This document shows positions 1 through 12,942 of a stretch of DNA of 64,000 nucleotides, piece by piece. The stretch's first letter is position 1. Each line of letters opens with the position of its first letter. Made by a program: the position numbers and the translations under genes. A model generated the notes under the pieces. It worked only from the letters and a program-made list of their open reading frames with translations. It did not search any database and was not told the origin of the DNA. The DNA lies in the NCBI RefSeq assembly GCF_964204645.1, contig NC_134030.1, positions 9,451,222-9,515,221 of the forward strand. The letters run 5' to 3'. This DNA is from Tubulanus polymorphus. Lineage: Eukaryota; Animalia; Nemertea.

Positions 1-1556
1 TATATTTCTGCCACAGTGAATATTCAAACAGTAGGCTGCCTAAAAGCTTATACCGCTAACAGGTTTCATAGATTATTGGGCTTTCCAACTATAAGGGCAC
101 ATTTTTAAGAAAGGTTTATGAAAATGTATAAATGATTATATAATGATTGAAAATACGAAGGTCGTCAATAGCGCAAGGAATGACCATTAAATATCGTTGT
201 GTCTACGAGCAATCATCTCAACTTTGAGATGATTGCTCGTAGATGTTGTGAAGCGGTGGGTATCAGGGTACCGGTAACTGATATCAATTCCCCCTTCTAT
301 ATAATGTCGATGATAAATCTGCTGCGCATGCCAGTCGCATTGTTTTTATGCTAAAATTTGATATATACGTATGACAATGAATGAATTTTGGACTCACTTT
401 GACTCGTTTTGATTCACAGGAAACCGTTTACACATGCAGCATATACATTCTGCACCACGGACACATAATCTATATGTCAGGCCTCACAAATCATTCATAT
501 CAGGCAATGAGTTCAATCAAATCCGACTGGGTTTTTTGAACGATGAGCACGATTTTGAACGGTATTTATAATCTATAATGAAATAGAGGCGTCGTCTCAT
601 ATCCCTACACTGTGTACATAGATCCATCATCCACAGTCTGTATGGTATGCTGAACTGATACTGGAATGGTTGCTTCCATATTCCACCGTGCAATCATGGA
701 TCTATTATGTACGTCTATGCTGCAATAGTACAGAAAACACTCGACGCTTTTTTCACTCGGTTCTCGTGTAGCCAGTTGCAACAGATGTGGTTATCCGATG
801 CCGTTGACAACTTGAAGGTGTTCGACCTGAAATGGCCTCGTGACGTTCCTAGTAAATATCGCGTCCTCAGATGTTCTATCACGATATTCGTCGCACACCA
901 GCCTCTCTAATATAACAACCATGAGTCATCAACTAGAAATCGTCTGCGAATACGAGATTTTGTGCAAGTCGACGTGTCTCTCAATGGACCCCTAACCCAT
1001 GAATGGCCCAATTGAATAAAGAATCCAATTCAAAGTATCCATTCAGAGTTATTCACAAAATTAAGCTGCATCAATGATGGTAATGGCGGATGACATCGCA
1101 TGATGCCTTTGATGGGCGTTTCTTGGTTACAAAGATACCGTTGTTGGTGAAAATCTGTTGCAATAACAAAGGTTGAGAAGTTTCATTCTGTCCATTACTT
1201 GTCCAAAATATTTACGCGGCACCTTGAGATATGTAATTGTGTTTAACGATCTGGCGCGTGTCTAACATTCGTTTCTTATACCGTCTGGGTGGAAGATCGT
1301 ACGATGGAGACTGCAAACCGAACCCTTTGGGTTAAACTCGCCTCATAACGTTTATTGTTTCATATACTTAATTATATCTATGTGACATAATATATACGAA
1401 AATGATTCTGTAATTTGTTAGTACAATGTGTAATATATGTTTCGGGTGCTATTTATTTAGCGCGGCCAATTTGTCGGTAATTCTATGATTTATTGCAGCT
1501 AGACAAAAAAACGTAGACTGGAGTCTCACATGAGTTCTCACAAACTTCGAAGCAAG

Positions 1557-4500
1557 ATGTGGAGACAATATTTGTGCGGTCTCCTTGCGTTAGCGGCTGC
1601 GTTGAATACGATACAAAGCGCTGAAGGTAGGCATCAATTAGATTTCAGGCTAATCCGATGATCATGAAATTTATTGCATGTATATTTCAAACAGCAGAAA
1701 GCACTTAGATACCGATTTATTTCAATATCCTGGTTGAAAAATTGACGGAACAATAGCGCCGGATGAATCGGCAGAGCATGGACGTAATAAACTTACATAC
1801 ATACTTTGAGGTATACCGAGGTACCTTGTTTTTTGAAACTATATACATATCTCTAGGAGGTGATTATTGTATATACATGTAGCATCTTGGTTGTCTCCTC
1901 AGGTGCTACAGTATATTAATGTTGATTTGATTCCAATCGATTCTTATTAAAATGAATAGTGTTTTTACGTAGAATCATGTTTCATTCTCGCGATTTGTCA
2001 CCAAAGACTGTTAGAATATGACATTATATTGAATACTGAATGTTTTGGATTCGGTTTAGACATCAACTGGTCGGTCATATTTTTTTCAGGGACATGTTTT
2101 GGTAGCAGTTGCACCGGTTGGTCGTGCCACTGCGTTTCCAATACCGAAGACGCAAATGCAAAAATCGTCTGTCCTTCTTCATCGGCCGGGCGTCTTAAAT
2201 GCCCGTCGTCGGCACCGCATTGCGAGAAAAGGGCCGATAGATACCGTAATTGGGAGTGGAAAGGACCAGGTTGTCAAATAGGTAAGTTACAATTACAAAT
2301 AGTCAGAGCAAATAGAGAGTGCGCGCTCAGAAATTCGCGCACCTGTCATTCATTTGTCAAACTCTCAAGTTCAGCGTCTATCGAAAACAAATTACATTTC
2401 GTACCGGTATATGGGTTAATTATCTACGAGATCATCGATAACGAGATCATGATAAGTATTTTGGTGAATAAGCTACACTTGATCTTTAAGCAGGGGCCAT
2501 TTTCTCAAAAGTTGGTTTCAAAAGAAAGTCCCTGAATAAATGCCATAAGATTGTCATTACGTCAGATGTCCACGGGATTAAACTTTAGTGCAACTGTATA
2601 GCCACCAGAAAACTTTCCTCTATGTTAATGGATGGATTGCATTCAACACCTAACAAACTCTATACGAATGTCATTGGCAAGATACAAAAATGTCGATGAT
2701 GTAAATACGTAATTTCCGTGTGCAAACGCGGCCAGTACTTATATTTGATGATTGACTCCAGTTACAGGACATAATCAAACATGTCTGAATGAAATGACGA
2801 GAAAAATATATGTAGTTGTCTATAAAAATATAAACTGCTGTGGCCCAATTGCAATTGTGGCCCAAAATAACAGTGTGTGTATTATGATTGGCCAAAAAAC
2901 ATAAGTATGTGTAATTCATATAGAAAAACTAAAATGATGTAATCAAAACCTACATAACCCCCGGATAAAGTTCGAAAAGTCGTTTCCTCCTTTTTTTATT
3001 TCTAATTTTTGATAAATGAATTCTTTTGGTTTCCATCTTAATTTGTACATTGTGGGTTTTGAGCATACAACCATTCTCCACGTCTGGCTGTGGCTATTCC
3101 ACTAATAAGGCTAAGAATATTTTCCTGGGAAAATCGTTTTGAAAAAACGCAGAAAAATGATTTTGAAAAATCCGTAAGGGAATAATTAAGTCACGCAAAA
3201 AAAATATTTTTTTGAAAGAATATTCTATTAATACAACGCAATTACGCAGTGATACAAGTCGAGTCTGCATTCTAAATGTCGAACAATATGTTTTTAACAA
3301 TTTCAGTTTATATCGACTTATATAGATTGCAATAACCAATATATTAGCATACTTCAATTCTACATTATTTCAGATCTTTCATAAAGTTTTTAATTTTTGC
3401 ATCCAATTTTCATCGGTACGTGACGCGTGTAGGTAACGTGGCTGAATCGAAGCGGGCAACAATGTCCTCGAATGGTGGTTATTACAATTCACAGAAACAC
3501 TGCCTTGATGGCAAAATATCGGGCAGCCAGTACTGCGAAACGCGTGAGCAAATCAATCCTTGGATCATCGTCGATCTCGGTTCTAAACACGTCGTACAAG
3601 CGGTGGATTTGTACTATTCGACCAGAAGTTCAAGCACTTCTTGTTACAATTCTCAAAGTAAGTTTTCAAGCAAATTATTTATGTATACAACCTAGAACAA
3701 AGCGACAGATACCTACGTGGGAATAGGATTCATTTTACGTTTGGCATCGGTTGTTCCTTATTGTTTCACAGTCAATACGATAAGACAACGGCGGAACCAT
3801 GACCGGCACGTGCTCCCGTCTCAATTTTCCCGTACCGTTTGGAAAATACAATGGCAATATTTTCAGGGCACTTTTCCCACCCGAAATTGATAAGACAGCG
3901 CAGTGCAAAATTTAGCTTATGTTCTCTTAAAGTGCCCCTCACGTGCCTAGAAATTCGATGAATATGCACTGAAATTCAAAAAATTGTCCAGACTTGGCCG
4001 CGAGGATACTTAACTTGCCCTTCATTTCGTGCTCCTGACAAGTCTGCCCCTCGATCCACCCATGTAGGATGACACCAGGCCCAAGTTATCTTCGCTTCTT
4101 ATCCACTCGAAGGAATCAAGAATCTAATTCATAAAGAATTATCGAAGTAGCCACTTTTGTAATTCGTACATGTACTTTATCGCATTACTAAAGTGGCACA
4201 ATGCATGTACTAGACAATTTAGAATGAAACGCTAGCTCTACCCAGTGCTAGACAGTTACCGGTTAGATTTGACACCAAACATACAATTTGTTCATTTCAA
4301 AATGTTTTGACTCCTGAGCCAGGTTTTAACTGTGAGATTCCTGATACGCGAAACGAGGTTGCTAGAACTTCAGAAAAAAACAAAAACGTCGAATTAAAAG
4401 AAAAATCCGTTTTGTCGTGTTAAAAAGTGAGTTTAACTTGTCTTGGCGAAAATATCAACCTAAATCTAACTTGAAAGTCGTTTACTTTGTGTGCATCTCA

Positions 4501-7500
4501 AGATTGCGACCTTTGGTTTCCCACAATTTCAAATATGAATAGCTCATTAGTCCAGTCAAAATAGGACGAAACGTATATTGGAAACATTTTTTTCAGGAAG
4601 GTTGAAGTGGCGTTTGTTGCAGAGCCGAGTCGGCAATGGTAACGATGTGCACAATCCTTTGTGCACGAATTTCACCGATGTCGGGTACGGCTGCGGTAAC
4701 CACGTGCTTAAACGATGCGACGAATCGTTGATAGGGCGGTATGTTTCCGTGCAAATGATGGGTCGTGAGAGATTAAAACTAACTGAGATTGCCGTCATCG
4801 GATTCAAGTATATGGGTACGATCGTTGCTTTTGATATCAAATACCACATACTAATTTAATTTTTCTTCTCCGTACGGCTCTATACCCATAACATCCAACC
4901 CAAGCGGCAGTAGCCCTTATATATTAAAACACACACGTTGGAAACCATCATTTATGGATCAGGGTATATCGATTTTCAGACCCGACTCAGTGCACGTATC
5001 CAGGCTCGTTCGGTTGTATGGCTGAAGCTCAGTGCAATCTGAAAGTCCCGAATAGAGTCGACTATTTGACCGGTTACTGTCATAATGGCTGCAACGCGAA
5101 CTACATCGGCAAATACTGCGATAAAGGTCGGTTCCACAGTTTTTTTTTTACAATAATACTTGAACTTTATTGTCAGTTAATAGACTTTTGACAAATTACA
5201 CACATATATCAAAACATTTATAAAGACGATAACAACAATTTACAGTCCGAAAAAAATATAATAATACCCGTCTTACAATTAATTCTTTAATTCATTGTTT
5301 TTAATTATTGTCTTTAATTTATAGTTTTTAATTGATTTGTTTGCGAAGATTTAACGTTGAAAAATGGGACTGAATTCCCAGTCCGATTTCAGATTGATCT
5401 TGGTTAATGAATGTTTAAATTATTTTTCGAAGTGACTGCAAAAACAAAATGAGCTCTTCAAACTGAACCGGCATCAACATCAACTTATCAATTATCGAAA
5501 CTAACTTATCATCTTGTCACAGCGGATACCGGCGTGCCGTTTGATATTTGCTGGTTTTATTTTTTCAGAATTCAAAACAAGATCAGTCCCGAGCGTTGTA
5601 CCCCAACTGCATAGCGCTGTCGTCACTGTATCGTACCCGTATGTCGCCGATACTATCGATTCGGGAAAGGGTCGAATACGTGTGGGATATCGCGTTCTTT
5701 ACAGGAAAGTCGGCGACGAAGACTGGATCGTCGCTGGCACTGATCCGCCGCCTAAACCGGGTGATAATCAATACGTTTTGACATCTCTGCGGAATAAAGT
5801 CGTAACGGGTCTCGCTGAAAACACGGTTTACGAATTCGTGTTGGCTTTGCGGAAAATCGAAGCCAATTTGAACTCGACGCTTTACGGCAGGACTAAACAG
5901 ATACACATGCTGTGTTACGGTAAGTGTTAATTCGTGGATTGGAAAGATATTCAGTACGCGGCAGTATTGCGGTAGGCTATGTCCCGAATAAGTACAGGGG
6001 CGGAGCTAGGAAAATCGGAAGGCAGGAATGACTAAGGATTTTTTTCTGATAAAGCAGGGCGTCATAGGCTAATAGCGGGTCCCACCCTCGGTGTTAGATA
6101 TTTTGAAAAGAAAAACATCCTAAAAAATGCTAATTTCGAGAACATGAGTGTCCATTCGCTGGTTTTAACGATCTTTGTCTTGATGAAAAGGACAACCTTA
6201 ATGGAAAGGCAGGGGTCCGGATTCCCTAGACAACCCCTAAAATCTTCCCCGGCAAGAACACAAGCTTTGCGGTCGTTTGCGGACGGCTCCGTTCAATAGA
6301 ATTGGTCAATTACGTCGTCGATTTTACTACCTGATCCTGAATGTCCACATCTTAACGGGAAATGATATTGTCTTGTAAAGGATAAGTTGAATATTTTACC
6401 TACACGAACACTGTTCATTATATACATGTATATACTGTTGGTAAAATCTTGATAGAGATAAAGTTATTTTCAGCACCCGCCAAAATCAACTAGCTGATTT
6501 TATTTTTCGAACGAAATGTCACGAGATCGTCGTGAGTGAAAACGTATTTCGATTTATTGTGTCTAGAACCGCTAGTTGGCCCTGACATCATCAAGGGTGT
6601 CCAACGAGATGCAGCTGAGCAGACGTTCAGCATCTTTGTAAATTACTACGTAAGTTAACAGTAATATTCAGAGTATTTCACCGATCAAATACTTTTTTTG
6701 TGATGAAATCATGAAATTTTGCGCGTTTATACGGTTTCTTGTTTGTATCGTTCCTCTTTACTATAGTGGCTTTCGGATGAGCAGACACGGTGCAACGGAC
6801 CGGGCACTATCTACAGGATATTCAAACTCACGAAGAACAAGTGGCAGAACATCGGACAAGGATCGTTGATTAAAAACGTGAAACCTTACACGAAAGTGCG
6901 CGTGAAAGTCGGAGTACAGAATAAAGGAAACAGAGGCTTCGTTTTCGGCAAGATTCGTGAATTCTTGACAGGATCCGCAGGTGCTTTCTTTTGATTCGTC
7001 AGCCTTTTTTGGGAGGATTTCTTTCAACGTGAACAAATATATTTCATATCTCTGAACATAGTTCCAAACCTATCCTGTAATGTGATTGTGGTCACCGCAT
7101 ATATTACGTTTCGTCGTTTTTTAGTCGTGAATTTGACAGCGAAAAACATAAGCTCCAGTAGTGTGAACGTAACGTGGACAACTCCAGAGCAGCTTCGACA
7201 TCTACGATTCAACTTTACGGGCCTTTACGTATTGAGGAGACCATTGGCGTGTCCGGTGTCGTATCAGTCGGAGCAGGGTATACTGTTCAGTCCATTCCCG
7301 ACGAAACTCCACGAATTACGTCTGATCGGCTTGAAAAGCCACGCCGAATACGATGTGACGATCAGCCCGATTCCTCTGGATGGATCTATGCAACGCGGCT
7401 CCGCTACATTTAACTTCACAACGATGCAGTCAGGTAAAATATGAGTGCATCATTTCGTATAAAACAAAGTCATTCGTGCTATAGTAGACATTCGTGCTCT

Positions 7501-9163
7501 TCTGTAATTACCAGCGATAAATTAGAAATTTCATTTAACTCCCGTTCGATCATGAGCGAATTTACATTGAATATATTATGCTTCGTTATGAACTTGCCAC
7601 GCGCAATGTTTTCATCTGACGTGTAGACCTTATCAGTTCACCGAGAACCATCATAAGATAAGATATGATTTTATTACACTCTATCCATATTGGTAGTGGT
7701 AAAAGGGAATTTACCAAAGATAATCTCATTTAGAAAATTCTTTCGAACTTGTTGAAATATCGCTATAGCGAACTCGGTGGTTCACGCAAGCAACGTGTGC
7801 TAAATTGCCGCGATCCAATTACTTTCAGGATTGGATGAATCTGCCAGTAAAGCTGCCCACCTCATTAAATTACAAATGCATGATCAAATTGATTTGTTTT
7901 TGATTTATATACAATGAAAAAAGAGAAAAAAGAGAAAAAAGCTATGCCATTAATCCGTGATAATCGTTTCGTACATCTAACCGTGAAAATCGTTTGGAGC
8001 CAGATATCTTTTCTGGGAGCTTACAACGCGTCTATCTATAGAATTTTGATATTTCAGCTCCTACAGCCAAACCCACCGCCCCGAGCGTTTCTCCACATAG
8101 AGTCAGCACGACTCACATCACGAATACAACTTGGTGCCGCGTCAACTTTTTCCACATTCCGTGCCAGTCGAGAAATGGAAACTTCACCGGTTTCCGCTAT
8201 AAACTCTACGAGAAGAACTCCGATGCGTTGGTTTGGGAAGAAGTGGTGATGGAGAGCGAACGCGTCTATATCAAAGACTTGAAACCGTTTACGGACTATT
8301 CGCTGAGCTACACCTGGACGAATGAAGCCGGCGAAAGTCCGCAATCCGACGCCACCGATTTCAAAACTGACGAAACAAGTACGTGTATTAGTCTTTTCTT
8401 CGGCTTGGATATGTTAATAGAACCTCCGAGAATCGACTACACGGCAATTTTCTAATAATAGTTTTTGCTAGTCGTTGCATGGTTTTCGATTTTTCATGTA
8501 CGAAGAACTGCTGGAAGTACAGATGAAAATCAACCCCGTCGACCGTAACGAGGACAATTTGGATTTCACAGCGGATTTCACGTTCGAGGAAAGCCGCGGA
8601 ATAGTTCTGAAATACGCCGTTGAGTGCGGAGAGACGACCGGTGACGGCGTCGAGCCGATAAGACCGACTAATTCGGATTGGGACATCGACGCATCTCCAG
8701 AGAATTTACCTTTCAAAGTTTACAATCTGAAGCCCGCTACGTGGTACGGGTGCTTGGTGAGTTTATTGGCATTTTTGCGCTGCGCTCTCGATATTTTCCT
8801 ACATATAACATATATCAAAGAGCCGTTACCTATATAAACAGGACTTACAGGTTATGAAAATTGCAATGTGCAATCAGTGTAGAAAGCTAGATCTATGTAT
8901 TTTATTCCATCATTTATAGAAATGATTAATATATGATATCCACAGTGTCTTAAGAGACATTTTCCCGAAAATATCGAACTAAAATGTTTCGGAAACGCAT
9001 GTTAAACTAAGGCCTAAATCCGCGTTGCGGTCATTACTGTTGGTTGCATTGAAACTGAATATTAACTAGATCTTGCACGTATCTATTTCAGGCGACCGCT
9101 TTGAGTAAGAAAGGCTGGGGACCGACTACCGCTTACGTCTACATATTGACAGCGTCGCGTTAA
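1557..9163 (+). CDS. Array copy 1: secreted EGF-like / F-type lectin (FTP) / EGF-like / 5xFN3 protein, 12 exons, ~817 aa
   Basis: Exons 1557-1626 (MWRQYLCGLLALAAALNTIQSAE, signal peptide), 2090-2281, 3433-3657, 4597-4815, 4980-5126, 5569-5919, 6567-6649, 6767-6980, 7125-7433, 8058-8378, 8506-8756, 9092-9163 (TAA). All introns are GT-AG with compatible phases; total 2454 nt. FTP-like motifs: GNVA..K.A.MSS, hDG, NPWIIVDLG, NPLC, GRYVSVQ, L.L.EI.VIG. FN3 motifs: V.W, GLxxxTxYxF/V, LKPFTDY..S..NEAGES. No hydrophobic C-terminus. Confidence 0.88.
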
Positions 9164-9380
9164 TTACGCGGTGGAACTCAAAAGCAGTCACCCGAGGTCG
9201 ACATATTTCATGATCTAAGATAGTACACCGCATGAAAGGACTTGGCAGATTTTGATAAATTCATTTGTACACTGCTTATAGTTAAAAATTGAATTATTAA
9301 TCTCATTTGCTTTCTCTTGCATCATGTTTGAATTCATCTCCGTTCTATTCATTCGTACTTTCAAAATATGTATTTCATTT

Positions 9381-10451
9381 CTAACGCCCACGGGAAAACA
9401 TATCTTTCAGTTGGCGTTGAAAGCGACGTCTCGAGGCGCAATAAATGCAGAAATTGGCGGACGCGACTGTGGATTTTAGCACGTGTTGTATAGCATTGAA
9501 ATATTGATGAATATTTCCCTTTCCTAAACTACCCGTGACTGTTAGAATTAGATTTCTTACACTGGCTCTGAGACTGAATGACTTTTTGATCAAAAAGAAA
9601 CACAAAATGAGAACTAACGTCAGGGTTAGACTACGGTCGTTACTAGTTTGACTATTCGTAGACAAAGCTTTTCTCGCTGCTCCTGCGGTCCTTAGCGTGA
9701 TTATCAGACGAACGGTTATGGCGGTAACGATTGCGGTCGGAATCAACGTAAAGATCGGAGAACGAACGAATGTAGAATAGTATCTGAGATAAATGTTCTT
9801 AGCGAATGGCGTGAACCTTTGGATCCACCTTTCATGCCCAGTACAAAGATTGTTCGAACGACGAGTTCTAAACTTAAAGAAATTCGTAATCTGATCGCAG
9901 ATCGAAATCACTACAGCCAACAAGACGTAGACGTAACTTTTCTTTATAGAGACAATTCTGACCGCTCTTAGGGGCCAACATACAACTATATATCTGTCTA
10001 TGGCGATCAGAAATGTTATTAGATCACTGATACTCGTAAACAGTAATCTGAAATTTTTAGTATACGAATACATACGCTTCGTAACGTGGTTTAAACTAGC
10101 AGTCATGTCTAGTATCAATGTGTGACTGTAGAGCTTGTACTGGAAGTCAAATACAACGTATGATAGACAAATACCAACGTCTGCAATGGCCAAAGATCTC
10201 ATGTAGAATATGCTGGTGTTGACGGGATGTTCTTTGCTGAGCGTCATGAATGACAGTAAATTTGCACAAACGCCAAATACGGCTACGCTAAAAATAACGT
10301 AATTCATCACTTGTAGGTACATGTTGACGTGTAGCGGTTTGTAGTCGGAATGGTGGTTGTATTTGCACCGAGACGATGTTTTCGGTTCGTCTTCGATGAA
10401 ATCCGACATACTGACGTTAGAAATGATAGTAAGGTTTTTGAATACGGCCAT
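9381..10451 (-). CDS. Intronless rhodopsin-class (family A) GPCR, FMRFamide/peptide-receptor-like, 356 aa
   Basis: Seven hydrophobic segments. TM1 FGVCANLL, TM2 YMRSLAIAD, TM3 IAIDRYIVVCWPL (DRY), TM5 LIP, TM7 SANFCIYC followed by RRRF..L helix 8. Confidence 0.9.
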   Translation of the reverse strand: MAVFKNLTIISNVSMSDFIEDEPKTSSRCKYNHHSDYKPLHVNMYLQVMNYVIFSVAVFGVCANLLSFMTLSKEHPVNTSIFYMRSLAIADVGICLSYVVFDFQYKLYSHTLILDMTASLNHVTKRMYSYTKNFRLLFTSISDLITFLIAIDRYIVVCWPLRAVRIVSIKKSYVYVLLAVVISICDQITNFFKFRTRRSNNLCTGHERWIQRFTPFAKNIYLRYYSTFVRSPIFTLIPTAIVTAITVRLIITLRTAGAARKALSTNSQTSNDRSLTLTLVLILCFFLIKKSFSLRASVRNLILTVTGSLGKGNIHQYFNAIQHVLKSTVASANFCIYCASRRRFQRQLKDMFSRGR

Positions 10452-12267
10452 ATTCGAAATCCGACGAGTGCGCCGACAGTCGGAATATTTGTCGAGCGAA
10501 GCTAGGCAAAGAATTATTTAAGAAGATCGTTGAAAACGTCGGGACGCGAGTATCTATTTATCTTAACAATGAGATAAGACAGATATTACATGTATCACAG
10601 TCACGAAGACCACAACACTAATAAGCACTGTGGACGATACCCAGGGAGAGAGAAAACCACGGTTCGAAACCGCTAAACCTTAAATCAGACGAAGAATCGC
10701 CGTCTCAAAACAGATCTTTCACATACACCAGCTCACCTATCAAACCGAAGTGAATAAACGTAAATAGCATATGATTTTCAATATTGTAGAAGATCCGGTT
10801 GAATAGACTATTCAAGAAATATATATATCGAGTTTCATTTATCACTATATACATTAAATGTAACTGAATCTGAAAGGAATACAATATATATTGATCATAC
10901 GTATCTTGAATACGCATTGCATCGTAAACGTATTGAAATTGTCTATCTGATACTATGAATATATATGTATACATTTATATTTTGGAAACATTGAGAGTGT
11001 GAGTATTGAAGCGAACCGATATTTTCATCCGCGTGAGGTTTTCAAGTTCAAATCCCAGTTAATCACAGAGTTAACGAGTGTGGCCGATGAGACGTGGAAA
11101 AAAAACCGGCTCGAAATCTTCAAAAATATGTCCTGACGCGGCAGCTATGAAGAGTCGCTGTCCGATAACTGTCCTATACTGTCTGATATTTCATAGATAC
11201 AAAATACTAATTCGCGAGGTATCTAGAATCCGCCTCAGATTAGAAGGATAATATTCAGTTAGTTCTAAAAAAATGTTAAACGCTGCTAATGATGATGGGG
11301 GATGTCTATACCTAATATCGACCAATTTCGGTTGTAATCGCTTGCTTAATGTACAACTTTTTGACGCGGAAAGATTGTGCATTTCAAAGAACTCGCTCGA
11401 TCGTGCAAAATGCTAACATGGACGAGACCTGGTAGATATGGAAAACACCTTTCGGTAATAACTGTATTTAGATTGTACGATACTGACTGATATTGAAACA
11501 CCAGAAACGAAGATGCAGATAAAGAAGAATACATCATGCATAATGATATTAAAAGTATAAACGAAGCCACACACAAATAGAGAAGTTGCACCAGGTGCCA
11601 TTTGAGGTGGTTTCGCGGGTCCTGCATTGTTGGACAGGTTTTAACATTTTTTACACTGAAGCCTTTAGCGCGATTCACCGTCCAACAATGCGGCCGGGAC
11701 CAGCTGTACCGCCTCAAAATGGGTTCTGGCAACTGGAAACTTCCCCATTGAAGTTCAGTCTACATTGTCAAACATTCTTTTTAGATTACAGTAACGCTGA
11801 TGAAACGACTTATCATCTCACTTAAATCGTTGATTTTCAGGGGAGATATTCATCAACTAGAATCTTCGATTCTATTCTAAATCGATACTTCCAAATTTTC
11901 GATATTTTCCATTTTAAATTTTTGTGTATGTAGGCAAGTAATGAATGCAATGTGTAATGTTCCAGGATCTGTTCATCCATCGTTTATATTTCTAACGCTT
12001 TCATGAGATATAATATGTCACTTTCGGCTAGTAGATAAAAAATCGATGTCATGCGTATAGGCGTACTCATGTTGAAAACAAAAATATAAAATCCAAATTT
12101 GCTTACGTAGCCGGCTTGATTTAATTTGTTGGTGGTGAAAATAAATAATAGAAGCTGAGCTTAATAATAGGTCAGTTATTCAGGCGATTAAATTGACATC
12201 TACTGATAGAAAATCTACGAAATCTAAACGAACGACAATGATGCACGTAAGGGTTGCACTCACTTAC

Positions 12268-12600
12268 GCCGTGTTAACGCTGCCATCTGTTCTTACTGCA
12301 ATCTTGCAATCTAATGAATAAATTATTTTTGCAACAGAAAATAAGTCGGAACAGATTAGATGAAAAAGGCCGAGCGCCCCAGCTGCTTCTTGACGTTTAT
12401 TTGGAAATTATACCAAAACACGTGATAACCTAAATCATTGTCACGTATGCCATGTTAACGCTGCCATCTTGTCTTACTGTAAGCTTGCAATCTAATAGAT
12501 AAATCATTATTGCGTTCCTCTGAAGATGAGGTTTAGAATTGACCTCGGAACTGTTGGAAAATAAACTTTTTTACGAGTCTACTGAGGGTTTTTATTTACA
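12268..12600 (+). repeat. ~65-bp direct repeat followed by a degenerate minimal hammerhead-ribozyme-like motif (Penelope-like element remnant)
   Basis: gccRtgttaacgctgccatct...gcaatctaat occurs at 12268 and 12448. Then ttcct-CTGAAGA-t-gaggt..acctc-GGAAC-t-GTT-ggaa at 12515-12559, followed by AATAAA. Confidence 0.4.
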
Positions 12601-12942
12601 AACGTGTAACTATGTAATCAATTTCTATATTCACTTGTTACTTGAACGTGAAATCCGAAGTCAGCTGAATATTATTTTGGAAGTCGATGATATTTCCCGT
12701 GACAATTGAGAGTTAGGTGTTGAATGTTTCCAGGCCCGCCAGACTTCGGATGAGAACCCGGGTCAACCGTTCTTATCATCTATATTCAGTATCGAGATAG
12801 GCTATCAATCACCGAATTCTATAGACCGAGGTTCACGCAGGTATAACAAAAGCCATCCCTCGTTTAGTTCAGTTCATTCATCGCAACGGAAGTCGGTGTT
12901 AGTTGTAGTCGACTGATTGTCCGATTCGTCCACGAATACAAC

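Noticed and set aside
11040-11120. Possible hammerhead-like motifs (ccgatgag..ctcgaaa; also ~10625-10670)
   Set aside because: The core CUGANGA is not intact and the helices are poor.
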